Below are positions 22,878 to 37,710 of a stretch of DNA of 64,000 nt, piece after piece. Source of the DNA: Macrostomum lignano (Eukaryota); assembly GCA_002269645.1 (NCBI GenBank), contig NIVC01003151.1, positions 1 through 64,000 on the forward strand. Reading direction: 5' to 3'. The notes beneath the pieces are model-generated. The model had not been told where the DNA came from. It was given only the letters and a program-made list of their open reading frames with translations, and did not search any database. Position 1 is the first letter of the stretch. Each line of letters starts with the position of its first letter. A program made the position numbers and the translations under genes.

Positions 22878-25750
22878 GTAGGGGACTAGGGGTAGGGGAG
22901 CAGGGGGGTATAGGAAGGGGAGTAGAGGAAGGGGAAGTAGCGGAGGGGGGTAGGGGAAGGGGAGTAGAGGAAGGGGAGTAGGGGAAGGGGAGTAGGGGAA
23001 GGGGAGTAGGGGAAGGGGAGTAGAGGAAGGGGAGTAGAGGAAGGGGAGTAGAGGAAGGGGAGTAGAGGAAGGGGAGTAGAGGAAGGGGACTAGAGGAAGG
23101 GGAGTAGAGGAAGGGGAGTAGAGGAAGGGGAGTAGAGGAAGGGGAGTAGAGGAAGGGGAGTAGAGGAAGGGGAGTAGAGGAAGGGGACTAGAGGAAGGGG
23201 AGTAGAGGAAGGGGAGTAGAGGAAGGGGAGTAGAGGAAGGGGAGTAGAGGAAGGGGAGTAGAGGAAGGGGAGTAGAGGAAGGGGAGTAGGGGAAGGGGAG
23301 TAGGGGAAGGGGAGTAGAGGAAGGGGAGTAGAGGAAGGGGAGTAGGGGAAGGGGAGAAGGAAAAGGGGAGTAGAGGTAGGGGAAGGGGAGGGAGAGTAGG
23401 GGAAGAGGAGTAGAAGAAGGGGAGTAGGGAAAGGGGAGTAGGGGAAGGGGAGTAGGGGAAGGGAGTAGAGGAAGGGGAGTAGGGAAAGGGGAGTAGGGGA
23501 AGGGGAGTAGGGGAAGGGAGTAGAGGAAGGGGAAGTAGCGGAGGGGAGTAGAGGAAGTGGAGTGGGGGAAGGGGGTAGGGGAAGGGGAGGGAGAGTAGGG
23601 GAAGGGAGTAGAGGAAGGGAAGTAGGGAAAGGGGAGTAGGGGAAGGGGAGTAGGGGAAGGGAGTAGAGGAAGGGGAAGTAGCGGAGGGGAGTAGAGGAAG
23701 TGGAGTGGGGGAAGGGGGGTAGGGGAAGGGGAGTAGAGGAAGGGAGTAGAGGAAGGGGAGTAGGGAAAGGGGAGTAGAGGAAGGGGGTAGAGGAAGGGAG
23801 TAGAGGAAGGGGAGTAGAGGAAGGGAGTAGAGGAAGGGGAGTAGAGGAAGGGGAGTAGAGGAAGGGGAGTGGGGGAAGGGGAGTAGGGGAAGGGGAGGGA
23901 GAGTAGGGGAAGGGTAGTAGGGGAAGGGGAGGGAGAGTAGGGGAAGGGGAGTAGGGGAAGGGGAGGGAGAGTAGGGGAAGGGGAGTAGAGGAAGGGGAGT
24001 AGGGGAAGGGGAGTAGGGGAAGGGGAGTAGGGGAAGGGGAGTAGGGAAAGGGGAGTAGGGAAAGGGGAGTAGGGAAAGGGGAGTAGGGGAAGGGGAGTAG
24101 GGGAAGGGAGTAGAGGAAGGGGAGTTGGGAAAGGGGAGTAGGGGAAGGGGAGTAGGGGAAGGGAGTAGAGGAAGGGGAAGTAGCGGAGGGGAGTAGAGGA
24201 AGTGGAGTGGGGGAAGGGGGGTAGGGGAAGGGGAGTAGAGGAAGGGAGTAGAGGAAGGGGAGTAGGGAAAGGGGAGTAGAGGAAGGGGGGTAGAGGAAGG
24301 GAGTAGAGGAAGGGGAGTAGAGGAAGGGGAGTAGAGGAAGGGGAGTAGAGGAAGGGGAGTGGGGGAAGGGGAGGGAGAGTAGGGGAAGGGGAGTAGGGGA
24401 AGGGGAGGGAGAGTAGGGGAAGGGGAGTAGGGGAAGGGGAGGGAGAGTAGGGGAAGGGAAGTAGGGGAAGGGGAGGGAGAGTAGGGGAAGGGGAGTAGAG
24501 GAAGGGGAGTAGGGAAAGGGGAGTAGGGGAAGGGGAGTAGGGGAAGGGAAGGGAGAGTAGGGGAAGGGGAGTAGGGGAAGGGGAGGGAGAGTAGGGGAAG
24601 GGGAGTAGAGGAAGGGGAGTAGGGAAAGGGGAGTAGGGGAAGGGGAGTAGGGGAAGGGAGTAGAGGAAGGGGAAGTAGCGGAGGGGAGTAGAGGAAGTGG
24701 AGTGGGGGAAGGGGGTAGGGGAAGGGAGTAGAGGAAGGGAGTAGAGGAAGGGGAGTAGGGAAAGGGGAGTAGAGGAAGGGGGGTAGAGGAAGGGAGTAGA
24801 GGAAGGGGAGTAGAGGAAGGGAGTAGAGGAAGGGGAGTAGAGGAAGGGGAGTAGAGGAAGGGGAGTGGGGGAAGGGGAGGGAGAGTAGGGAAGGGGAGTA
24901 GGGGAAGGGGAGGGAGAGTAGGGAAGGGGAGTAGGGGAAGGGGAGGGAGAGTAGGGGAAGGGGAGTAGGGGAAGGGGAGGGAGAGTAGGGAAAGGGGAGT
25001 AGGGGAAGGGGAGGGAGAGTAGGGGAAGGGGAGTAGGGGAAGGGGAGGGAGAGTAGGGGAAGGGGAGTAGGGGAAGGGGAGTAGGGGAAGGGAGTAGGGG
25101 AAGGGGAGGGAGAGTAGGGGAAGGGGAGTAGGGGAAGGGGAGTAGGGGAAGGGGAGGGAGAGTAGGGAAAGGGGAGTAGGGGAAGGGAAGGGAGAGTAGA
25201 GGAAGGGGAGTAGGGGAAGGGGAGGGAGAGTGGGGAAGGGGAGTAGGGGAAGGGGAGAGAGAGTAGAGGAAGGGGAGTAGGGGAAGGGGAGGGAGAGTGG
25301 GGGAAGGGAGTAGGGGAAGGGGAGGGAGAGTGGGGGAAGGGGAGTAGGGGAAGGGGAGGGAGAGTAGGGGAAGGGGAGTAGGGAAGGGAGGGAGAGTGGG
25401 GAAGGGGAGTAGGGGAAGGGGAGGGAGAGTGGGGGAAGGGGAGTAGGGGAAGGGGAGGGAGAGTAGGGGAAGGGGAGTAGGGGAAGGGGAGGGAGAGTAG
25501 GGGAAGGGGAGTAGGGGAAGGGGAGGGAGAGTGGGGGAAGGGGAGTAGGGGAAGGGGAGGGAGAGTAGGAAGGGGAGTAGGGGAAGGGGAGGGAGAGTGG
25601 GGGAAGGGAAGGGAGAGTAGAGGAAGGGAGTAGGGGAAGGGGAGGGAGAGTGGGGAAGGGGAGTAGGGGAAGGGGAGGGAGAGGGGGAAGGGGAGTAGGG
25701 GAAGGGGAGGGAGAGTAGGGGAAGGGGAGGGAGAGTAGGGGAAGGGGAGT
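22878..25750. repeat. ~2.9-kb polypurine G-rich satellite (GGGGAAGGGGAGTA / GAGGAAGGGGAGTA)n
   Basis: The + strand is almost entirely G and A; T is nearly confined to GTA. Confidence 0.97.
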
Positions 25751-26379
25751 AGATTTCTAGATAATATTTCTAATAGTACGTAATATTTCTGCTCAGTCGT
25801 GAGTCGTGCTTCATGTCTTTCTTCTTATATCTAAGCTTCTACACGTACGAGTATAGTAAGCTTCAAGCCAAGAAAAATAAAGAGCAGCCTGTACTCGACA
25901 TCTATATCTATGACCGAGCCTGTTTGTCTGTAAACTTACTCTGAAATGCCTCTGCACTTCGTTCCAGCCTTCCTATGGAGTATGGACAATTGAATCATGG
26001 GGCGCAGTACGAGCTGTCGATTAACATCATTATTTTTGTGAATGCCATTCAGGAGGCCTTCACGAGGAATGCTTTCACCCTACAAAACATTGAGCAGCAG
26101 CTTTCAAGGAATTACTCAAGTTCGCTCGTACGCAGTTGCAGAGAGCGCTTCAGCTGAGAAGCATGCCGTTTTCGCATGAATATCCGTGTTCTTTTTCTTC
26201 AAAAAGAAAGACAATTTCAAAGTACATGCGGCCATCTATAGCTATATCTGATGAGATTTTCTTATCTGAGCCACAACCTCTCTGAGCTTCGGACTGCAAA
26301 CTGTCAAAAATATTTAAATAGCAAAATCAACTAAATTGAATCATTTTGTTTTGCGGATTGGGCACTTCTGTTGTAATTA

Positions 26380-27484
<1,105 letters not shown>

Positions 27485-29752
27485 TTCTTGACGGTAGAAA
27501 ACGCGGGTCCAGTGTCTTCCGATCTTCTGACCCCTTTCTATATCTTCTCGGGATCGCTTTTGATTGGGGAAATTCTCCCAGCCAACCGGAATTTTAGTGC
27601 GGGAAAGCTCGAGCTATCGGGCTGCGCCTTTGCCAAAATAACTTTAGTGGATCGCAAGCCGCTACAAGAGCGCTACCAAACAGTGCTCAAAGATGACGCC
27701 TCCAAGCAGTGCACTAACACGATTCGATTCCCTGAAGCCCCTTTATACCCTTCTTTAAGCCTCTTCTTTGACAGTACATTGACGCCTCCGTTTCAAATCC
27801 AATACGATGGCCAACACAGCTGTAGGCCGGCGTCGGCTCTCTGTCGAACAGCTCGCCATTTTCGACAAATTTGCTGTCGCTTTGTACATCAGTCACCGAT
27901 TTAATGGCTCATTTGATGGCGATGTGAACAAGCCCCAATTGTTTGGGATCTAATGATGAGTCTGGATGTCATACTCGAATCAATCTTGCTTCCAATACTG
28001 CCAGGCCCTGCCGAAAATGCGTGTTGTGCTTTTGCGCGCTCACGACAATCACAGCACCCTAGCTAATAGCTCGCACACTCTGATGTTAATATAACAAACC
28101 AGCAAGGGTGTCAACAGTTGACAATTAATAAAAATAAACCATTCTGATGCCAGCGTAACAGCTTAGCATTCATTTTTTATTATTTTGAAACAAATTTCTA
28201 AAAAAAGATTCAAAAAACAACACCTGCACTATCCCAGTGAAAAAATAGACTTAATATCCGGAACAATTTCAAAGATTAAAGCCTTGAAATCACGGGATCC
28301 CGAATGATGCCGAATCCTGAACTGTTAGAAAGTCTGGATTTCTGGGGCCGGAATGGCTATACCCCCACTACACAAATTTAATTTAAGGGAAATTTTGAAG
28401 CAAACATTTGAGTTTGACGCGGATAGTTAGGATTGGTGTTTTAATTAATTTTTTGCACAACAAAGAGTATAGCTGTTCTGAAAGAGGAAGTGGCAACTAA
28501 AAAACTAATTTTGACATCCGTCATTCAGTGAGGAAGATGCATACACGGCTCATTGAAAAGCTAAAAAAGAATAACATCCATAGCTCCCTGTAGCCAGATG
28601 CAAAAAGTCTGTTGCTTTTGCGTCGTACAGCCTACAGCATTTTTTACAGATGAAAAAGTGCAGAGTGTATTGTTGCCACGCAGTTGCATTCTGTTTTAAC
28701 ATGGCAAAACTGTCAGGACTTTGCTTGCATAACAATGTATTGCAATTGGATATCTAATCTAACCGAATTACTGGGAGCTAGTAGCTACGCAGCTATGATA
28801 TGAAGCAGATTCTACCACTAGAGTTCCTCGCCCGATGTCATCCTAATAGCTTTGCTAAATGAAGAGTCTTTGGCGGAGGCCTGTTTATAATTTTACTCGT
28901 GCTGCATTACAAACAATAAAAATCCAGTTTAATAATCAATACGCGCCTTTGTCCCCTTGACGCCATAACTCCGTTAGTTATTTTTTTATCGAATAGCAAA
29001 GTAAGCAATGTGCTCAATGCAACCCACTGCGTCTGCCACTGACTCTGCGCAAAGAATTAACCCACTTGCTTCTGAGTGACTCAATGTCGGCACAGTCTAG
29101 AAATTCTAGCATCTCAAAGCACGCGCTATTGTTTCATTTCATTTAAAATATCGATCGATCGATATGAAGTCTTCACTACGGCCTTTACTGCAGATTGTGC
29201 AATCTTGAAATGGTTGTGCGCACAAACGTTCTAGCTAAGACGGTCACGCCGAGATAACGTGCTGACTAAAACCATGGTCATGCCTTATCGTGCCAGCCTG
29301 TCCCCCCCCAAACCCTACCCCCAGGCACCCACCTTAGGTAGAGGGTGACTTTATCGTGCAAGTGTCCACAACCCCACCCGCTCAACCCCCCCCGGGGGAA
29401 ACCCCCCCCCCCACAAGTGGACGGCGTGCCGCATGACTTTATCGTGCGACCGTCCCTCAACCACCCCAACACATCGTCAAAGGTTGCGCAATTGATGCCT
29501 CAAACTGCCCAACTTGCTTGGTCTGCATTGCGTGAGTTCTAACCCCCTCTTCTCTCTTCAATTGTGCGACTTCGTGCACAAGCTGTATTCGAAAACTGAA
29601 ATAGAAATAAGGGGGCTCAAGCCTCGGGGCTTAGGCTATATAAGTGTTCGGATACCCTGCAATTGGATTCATTTTCCAGCTCCAATTATCTTATTTAGGA
29701 AGACCTAGACGTGTCTATCAAGCTTACCTAAGCCTCACAAAGCAGTCTCACA

Positions 29753-30901
29753 ATGACTCTTCGTCCCACAAACCTGTTTCGCCGTCTTGGTCAGGAGTTC
29801 GCCTACTCCATTGACACGCAGCTGGACGCTGCCAGCCTGCGTCGGGCCCTGAATCGTGTTGCCATCAGTCGCGGCCTCCGCGCCAACACCGATGCAAACG
29901 ACGAAGCTAAGAAGCCTTGCTGCGGGTTCGAAAACTCTGACAACTGCTTGACTCTGGTATTGCCGCTCGGATCGGAATTCGGACCGGACGATGTCGCCGT
30001 TAGGCTTGATGACAACGGCATCTTCTGGGTGCTCGCCGAGGCCGCGTCTCCTTGGCAGGAGGGCGATTTTGTTCGCATCGTGCGTCGAGCCCAGCTGCAG
30101 ATGGACCAGCTGGATCTGGACACCGCTCGCTGCTGGATCGAAGAGACTTGCATTGTTCTGCAGGTCGATCAACGCGAGGTCAAGACCTCTGCTACAACCA
30201 CGCCGACGAAGCTGAGTAAGAAGCTGCTGCATCATCAGCAGCAGCCAACTCAACAGCCCTTCTCGCTGCGCAACGTCTGGCCAAGAAGCAGCCTGTCAGA
30301 CAGCAAGCAGCGCCATGGCTTCGTTATCAAGGAGAAGAAAGTCGGTGCCAAGTGGTCCCTGGATTTGGCGCTGCCCGAGTTCCAGCCCGAGGAAGTGTCC
30401 GTGACCACTATTGAGAACTCCCCGGAGGGAGTTGATGCTCCAGCCTCGCCCACCAGGCTGCTGGTGACTGCCAGCTATTTTGCTACAGACAACTCTTCCC
30501 TGGATTCTACGATGCGCCACGAATATCGCCGCGAAGTGACGCCGCCAACCGGCGTTCCGCTCGACCGGGTGGTCGCCAGCTTTCCCGGCAACGGCCTGCT
30601 CCGACTGGCCGCGCCGCTGCCCTCTAGCGCTGTGAAATCGCGCCGCACCTTCGTCGGTCTGGTTGGCGGCAGCGCTGGCGGCGCCGGCGCTAAAATTGCT
30701 TCGCTAACGCGGGAGCTGCGTCACGTGGGCACTCAGCGGCGTCAGCAGCAGCAGGCGGCTGGCACTTCTGCATCGCTGCCGCGGCAGACGGCTAGTACTG
30801 CCGACTCTACGACTGGTGCCGCCGCCGCCGCCGGAGCCACAACCGCCAACGGCCACAGCACGACAAGGTCCGGCGACAACCGCAGTTGCGCTGTGCAGTA
30901 G
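29753..30901 (+). CDS. Small heat-shock protein with two alpha-crystallin domains (flatworm p40/Tsp36-like), 382 aa, intronless
   Basis: Domain 1: LTLVLPLGSEFGPDDVAVRLDDNG. Domain 2: WSLDLALPEFQPEEVSV, EYRREVTPPTGV, VVASFPGNGLLRLAAP. Confidence 0.75.
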   Translation: MTLRPTNLFRRLGQEFAYSIDTQLDAASLRRALNRVAISRGLRANTDANDEAKKPCCGFENSDNCLTLVLPLGSEFGPDDVAVRLDDNGIFWVLAEAASPWQEGDFVRIVRRAQLQMDQLDLDTARCWIEETCIVLQVDQREVKTSATTTPTKLSKKLLHHQQQPTQQPFSLRNVWPRSSLSDSKQRHGFVIKEKKVGAKWSLDLALPEFQPEEVSVTTIENSPEGVDAPASPTRLLVTASYFATDNSSLDSTMRHEYRREVTPPTGVPLDRVVASFPGNGLLRLAAPLPSSAVKSRRTFVGLVGGSAGGAGAKIASLTRELRHVGTQRRQQQQAAGTSASLPRQTASTADSTTGAAAAAGATTANGHSTTRSGDNRSCAVQ

Positions 30902-33899
30902 AGTTCAAACCGTAAGGTGAAACTGGAGCTGATCCGTGTGGTATTTCAGTCTCCGTTGCACTTCCAGGACTCGACTCGCCTCCACTCAGCATTTGATTTC
31001 TCTAAATTTCAATAATGAACCACTTTTTTACCGAATCTAATGACTTTTATCTTCATGTTGTCTGCATCCAAAGTTTGCTGGCACGAGTCACATTGCAAGC
31101 GTTTTTAGTTATCGCAAGTTTCGATTTTTTTACATAGGCTAGTGCGCTGACCTACAACTTTTGATATGCCGCTTAATAGTATTGTACTTTTATGTTGTAG
31201 CCTGCATGTAACTTGTTTCATTTTCCATTATCTTTCTGATCCTTTTACTGTGTCGTCTGTATGGCCACCCTTGATTCACTAATTTATTGTTTAAAATTAA
31301 ATGCAAATGCAGCAAATTCGATTATGTGTACCATGGCATGTAAAACGCGGTTTTAAAATTTATATCGATGGCCTAATCAATCGAAAAGTAATAAAATTAA
31401 AGCTAAATACTATTAAAATGCGAAATGCATGCAATGGATTGCAATTTTCAGGAATTATGAAATTTTAAATGCAATTATTTGTAACAATTCATGTAGTAGT
31501 GATGGCCGCATTAATTTAGCCCTATTCATCTACCATCTAACCCGTGGAAGTCCCATCAGTCAGCACTTTAATTTTCCAGCTTCCATTAAACGTACCGATT
31601 GTAAATGATTTTGGTAACCTGGTGTAACTGATGCAAGCATCGAGCGATTTAAATCACCTTACAAGCTGAATGTATGCGTATTTAAACGCATCAAACTAAA
31701 TTTCATCAGCAGTACACTGTTACAGCTGAATAAATTGGTCTGATGATGCGAGTGTAAGCTTGCTAATGCGAAGTCTCAATTCATTTACGTCTTACATGTA
31801 CACGTGCACACCGCAGCCAGGGATATAAAATCATTTATTAAATCTGGTACACACCTTTCGCATTGGGGCGTACGTCATTCGATTTAACTATTAAAGCTGC
31901 CTAAATTATACCAAGGGGCCATGGGCAGGGGCACCAAAAGGTGGTAGCAAGTCTGGGGGCGCTAGAGCAAGAGGCACCAAAGCTGCTGCTTTAGGAATTT
32001 ATACATTTTTCGTAATACAATTTTTTATATGTATGTAGTTTGTCCAAGACAATATAACAACCGAACTACTACCACCAGTTCTATCTACTTGTACATGTAT
32101 TTTTGTACAAACGGGCATTTTTTTCTGAAATTCATGCGTACAGGGCCACCGGCAGAAAGTTTATATACGGAAAACGGAACATTGTTTTCCTTGAAAAAAT
32201 TTGAAGGCTGACTTTATCGAAAACTACACACTTGTACTGATCGAGATAAGATGAGTTCAAGAATAAATGCTCATATTTTGTCTGTTCAACTGTTTTATTT
32301 ATTTTCAAAGCTGAAAGAGCATTTACTATATCAGGCTTGTTTGTATTTTTAGCTCACTGGTCAACTTACATTTTTTTCTAAGAAACAAAGTTTCTTGTAC
32401 ACACTGAGTGAGTCCTAAGATTCTGAGAAGTTATATTAAACTCATACAGGTAGGATGTACCGACCGACTACTGTGCTAGTACAGTAATTAGGTTATAATT
32501 CTTTTTGAGTCTGCCAGGCCTAACTGGAAATGTAGATTAAAATGAGAAACACTTTGCTCGATGTCGTAGGCATGGTCTTGCTGCTGTGCCCTGCTGATGC
32601 TGATTGCTGACCAGACGACAAACTGGTGCTATATCGACATTTAACGTTCGCTGTCTGCATCTGAATGCATGTACATGTAATATTGTAGTATGGTGTCTAT
32701 GATCATATGATGATGACACATGATGCAGGTTAGACAGGTGGTATCTAAAGCTAGGCCTAATTTTTAATGCCCATCCTAGACCTAGGCCTACCTAGACCAA
32801 GTAAAAACTTCACATTTAGCCATCTTATTTAAATTTTGTGCAAACTTAGTGTCTGACTAGGCTTAAGACTAGCATAAGACTAGGCTAAGACTAAGACTAG
32901 CTAAGCATAAGACTAGGCTTAGGCCTAGTTTTAGTTGCCTAGCATGGTACCATAATTGTTTAGTTTCATTGGCATAGGCCTATTATGTTTTATTTTAAAT
33001 CCATTTTTACATTTATTTCTATAAAAAGGCCTAAGGCCAATCAATCATAAACTAGGAGGCCTATAAAAGTAAAAACTGGTAAATCAAGTCTCTCATCTCA
33101 TGGATTGTGAATTTCCTTTGAGTTCTAACAAAGGATTTTAGAAACTGGTAAGTTTTAAAGCTAGGCCCCTATAAGCCTAGAAACTTCTAACAAAATATAA
33201 GTTAGATACATTAACAATAACTAATAATAATAATATTGAAGCTTTAGGGCCTATTACAATTCAAAAAGAAAATATACAAAATAACTATTGTGGATAGATT
33301 TGAAAATAAAAAAAATTTACTCACTTTTAAAACCTATAAGTATAACTATAGTTAACTAGAATAAAGGCCTAAGCTAGTTAGCTAAGTATAGGTATCACTT
33401 AAATCTATAATTTAAAATAGTGAAAGGTTTATATTAATTTTAAGTCTAACAAAATTCAATTATTTTGTATAACTATAAGGCCTATCTTACTATCTATAAG
33501 TAATATATAGATTAAATCTTAAATTATTAAGTAAGGGGCCTAAACATTATTAGCTTATATAAGCTTTTACAATACTATCTATATAATATGAGCTATTGAA
33601 ACCCATAGATTTTGAACCCAGGGAATTCTAATCCTCGGAACTATTTTTGTATATATTCTAAAATCTAAGGCTATACTCAAACAAAACTTGTTAATAATAG
33701 TTAGTAAGATAGAGTTAAACATAAAATAGAATACATTTGTATAAAATTAGGATTTGAGGCAAACATTTAATATTATTGGCTGGAGTGCTGCCCAGAATTT
33801 CAGGCAATGTTTGTTTGCATTCTGACTCTAAAATATATATATTGGCAAACTCTAGCCTCTGCCTCTCTATGTCCTTTGAGTCCTTTGAAACTTTTTTTG

Positions 33900-34625
33900 T
33901 TGTTTCCTCTCTTAATTTTTGTCCCTTGTCTCTCCTTTCTTTTCTCTCTTTCCTCTCTTCTCTTCTTTTTCCTTTCCTCTTTCCTCTTTCTCCCTTTTCT
34001 CTCCCATTTTTTTCCTCTATTCTTTTTTCTCCCTTTTCCCTCAAATCTCTGCTCTCTTACCCCCTCTTTCATCTGTTATCTTTATTGTCTAATATGTTCT
34101 CTCACCTCTTTCCTCTGTACTCTTTTCTTTTCCCTCTTGATTCTCCACTTTCCTTTCTCTTCTCTTCTCTTCCCTTTCCTCTTCTATATTCTCTCTCTTG
34201 TCTTTTCTCTTTTCTCTCCACTCTCCTCTCTTCTCTTTTATCTCTTATATCTCATTTCTCATCTCTCCTTACACCTTTCTCATCTCTATAACCTTATCTC
34301 TTCTCTCTTCCCTTTACTCTTTCATTTCTCCTCTCACCTCTTTCCTCTCTTCTCTTCTGTCTTCTCTCTCCTCTCATATGCAGCTCTCTGCTCTCTCATC
34401 TCTACTCTCTTCTCTCTGCTCTCTACTTGCTCCTCTCTACTCTTCCCTCTCATCTCATCTCTCTTATCTTGCTTCTCTTTCCCCTCTTCTCATGCCTATC
34501 TTCTCCCCCCTCTCTCTTATTGTCATCATACTCTTATCTCTCCTATTATGTTCTATCTTTTCTCTTATTCTCTCTCTTGCCTTTCCTCTCTTTTCAAATT
34601 ATCTATTCCTTCTTTCTACTCTCAT
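33900..34625. repeat. CT-rich low-complexity tract
   Basis: Near-pure pyrimidine tract; source of the spurious L/S/F-rich ORFs. Confidence 0.9.
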
Positions 34626-34943
34626 CTGCCCCTTAGCCATGAGCTGGATTCTTAATCTGGCCTTTGAGGTAAAAGTCTGCCTATCCTTGCTTAGAAAGCC
34701 AGTTTGTTGGACATAGTACTCTCATGGTTGTTTTCATGCTTTGATCATGTATCTTATCTTTCCTGCGAATTTGCAACCTTGAAAGAAATTTGTGTATCTT
34801 TAGCTCCATTGCAGTCTGTATCAGTCTAAAAACCAAGAGAATATGCATTTCTTAGGCCATTAAAATTTTTAAGTACCTTTTAAGAAAAACTTAAAATTTT
34901 TTGTTATGTGACTAATTTAGTAGGGTTGTATTGCATTACATAG

Positions 34944-35730
34944 GGCTCATTCCATATAAGATGAACATTTTTGGAAAATAGAAAAAAGTCAATATTTTTG
35001 CTTGCCATTGCCTTATCAGCCAATTTTTTTTACCAAATGTTTTATATGTGTAATATCTACAATCTAAGAATAAATAAATGATAAAATGTTGGATTAGTAT
35101 GTTATCAAGTGGCAAAAAGTCATTTTTGTAAAAATTTGGACATTTTTCTAAGCAAAAGACATCATTAAGTTTGTGTACCTTTTAAGAATAAATAAAAAGC
35201 TTTGGAAGGTTGAAACAAACTATAGATAAAAGTATAGTACTTGCATCATCAGATAAAAGTATTGGTGACCAAATAATCTATTATATTTTTAATATATTGG
35301 TACCTCAAAGTTACTGAATTGATAGAAAAAATATGTTACGACCATAATGTTACGACCATAAGGCTGCCTTTTCTTTTGTATCTTTGTTGCCTTTTGAGTT
35401 TATATATTCTACAAAAAGAGTATGATTACTGAAGATGTTGTTAGTCAAATTTAAAAAAATGTATTGCAAAATATCAAAAATAAAAAAATGTTATAAGACT
35501 TTTACCTTTTAGTTTCTATATGTCAAAAATCCTGTTGTTACGACCATAAGTGCCATTCAAGGTTTAATAGCATCTATACTAATGATGATATCTACATGAA
35601 ACTCTATAAAAATATTCTTGACAAAATTATCTTTCATTTAAATATTGGTTTAGTATATTCTATTATTATATTTCATTTTATAAGTAAAAATAGTCTGTCA
35701 TGTTACGACCGTGCTTATATGGAATGAGCC
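34944..35730. mobile_element. MITE with perfect 17-bp TIRs
   Basis: ggctcattccatataag (34944-34960) and cttatatggaatgagcc (35714-35730), flanked by atag on both sides. Four internal tgttacgacc motifs. Confidence 0.7.
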
Positions 35731-37710
35731 ATAGGCTTTTCCTAAATCTTTCACTTTTACAAACCATTTGCTTTCATAAACCATAAGCCTGCCCTTGACT
35801 TGCCACTTGCCATCTACTATTAAACTGCTACAGAGTTTGTCTATATAGAGGGCAGTTGCTAGAATTTATCACTTCACTGTAATGGCTAAATGTAGCCTTT
35901 CCATGGGGGTGCAGAGAAGGCTATAAATAAAGCTATTCTAAAACACTGTATATTTGCTATGTACATTCAGCCCTGATGCCTTATCCTTGGTCTGGCTCTA
36001 GGAGAATAAGTGAATGAATGGCACAAACAACAGAAAAAGCAGACAAACTTCACATGCTTACAGTTTCTATTCTGATTGAGTTACAGAGTTAAATCTTCAC
36101 ATTTAGACAGAGAATAAATCAATGAAGAATTGCGTCAAGTTTGAAGTCAATTGCTTTACTTGGAGCAAACTTATGGCAGCTGAAAGTTTGTCAATCTTAT
36201 AACCCCTTTTATACATCTGGGCCCAAATTGGGAAATAGAGATAGGCAAAGGTTGGGTGGCTACCTCACTAACAAAAACAGCCTAACTTTAAAAGTGCATT
36301 GTGCCATTCAAGATTAACTTTAAGACTCAAAGTTTTACACAATTCTGTAAAAATATTTGAAGATTGTTTGTGTCAAATTTGAGAAAGATCGGTAGAACTT
36401 CAGCTGCACTATAAAGTATTGAGTGAAAAATCCTGCTTTTTAGCAGTTTTTTGCTTTTTTGAGTAGGAAGACTTGGACTTAGGAATTTTAAGGTAGCCTA
36501 AGACACTCTCTATAGTGAGTTAGGGTGAGTACAAAATTTGGTGTAATTTGTGTGAGCCTTTTGGGAGTCTATAGTGATCAGAATTGTAATAGACACATAG
36601 AGAGACAGAGTTCATTTTTATAGGTAGAGATATATATATATTAAATAGGCCCTTAGTTAATTTTATAAATTAGGTCTATATACTTACTTAAAAAGAACAA
36701 GAAGATATAATTTAAAACTTATTTCAATGCAAATAATTTTGCACAAATATATGTGCAACCTTTAAAATTATATCAACTAGGCCTATACAACTTAGTTTTA
36801 CAAGTTAACTAAAGGCAAAGTAAGAAATCTTCAATTTGATATCAAAATTTGTTAAAAGTTATTAATTTTGTAATTGTAGCAATTGTATGTGAATACCAAA
36901 ATTTTTATTAATTATCAAAAAATAGTTTTAATAATATTAAGTCCTATAGGTTGACTAAAAGCTTTAAAACTACTAATTTGATTAAGCCATTTATACAATT
37001 GTAGATTTAGTTATGTGCTTTAATAAGCTGGCTAAAAATGTTTGGGTTTGAAAAATTGAAAGGGATTGCTAGATAATAGCTTGAATTTTGCCTTTGAGGT
37101 TTATGTCTATCATTTATATATGAAGTTTTCATTTTTAGAGATAGTGTTTTAGTATATGGGATATAAATTTTTATAGTTAGATGATATATACTTAGTTTAT
37201 TGGAAGTCAAAGGGCAAAATTGCACCTATGGCTATATCTGATGATGGAGATCTAAATATAAATTAAAAGTCAAGGTCAAATTACCTTAAAAATTCAGTTT
37301 TTGGTAATTTCAAGATTCAAAATTGTTTCTTAACCCAAAAATATAGTCATATATTCATAGACTATAAGTAGTATGAGGTGCCTTGCTTTTGGCATACCAT
37401 GTAACATTGTACTTTGCCATATAAATTGAAAAAATATTGAATACCATTTTCAACTTATTTTAATAAGGCTGCAAGGAGCAGCTGAAGTTGAATTGGTCTA
37501 ATCTATAATTCCAGCACTTCAGCTGATGCACTTTAACTTCGAATGATCAGTGGCATGGCAACAAAGGACATTTTTTACCACTCCAGTCAACTGACCCTCC
37601 TGACAATTGACCATCTGGATCTGCCATGATGCCGCTACTTAAAGTAGTTAAATCTCCACAAAACATTGCAGCTTAAAGGCGCAGGGCTCACAACGCAGGA
37701 CAACACAGCT

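Noticed and set aside
29080-29750. Heat-shock elements upstream of the sHSP
   Set aside because: No convincing array of alternating nGAAn units found by eye. Three ttatcgtgc words at ~29285-29446 were noted but cannot be assigned.
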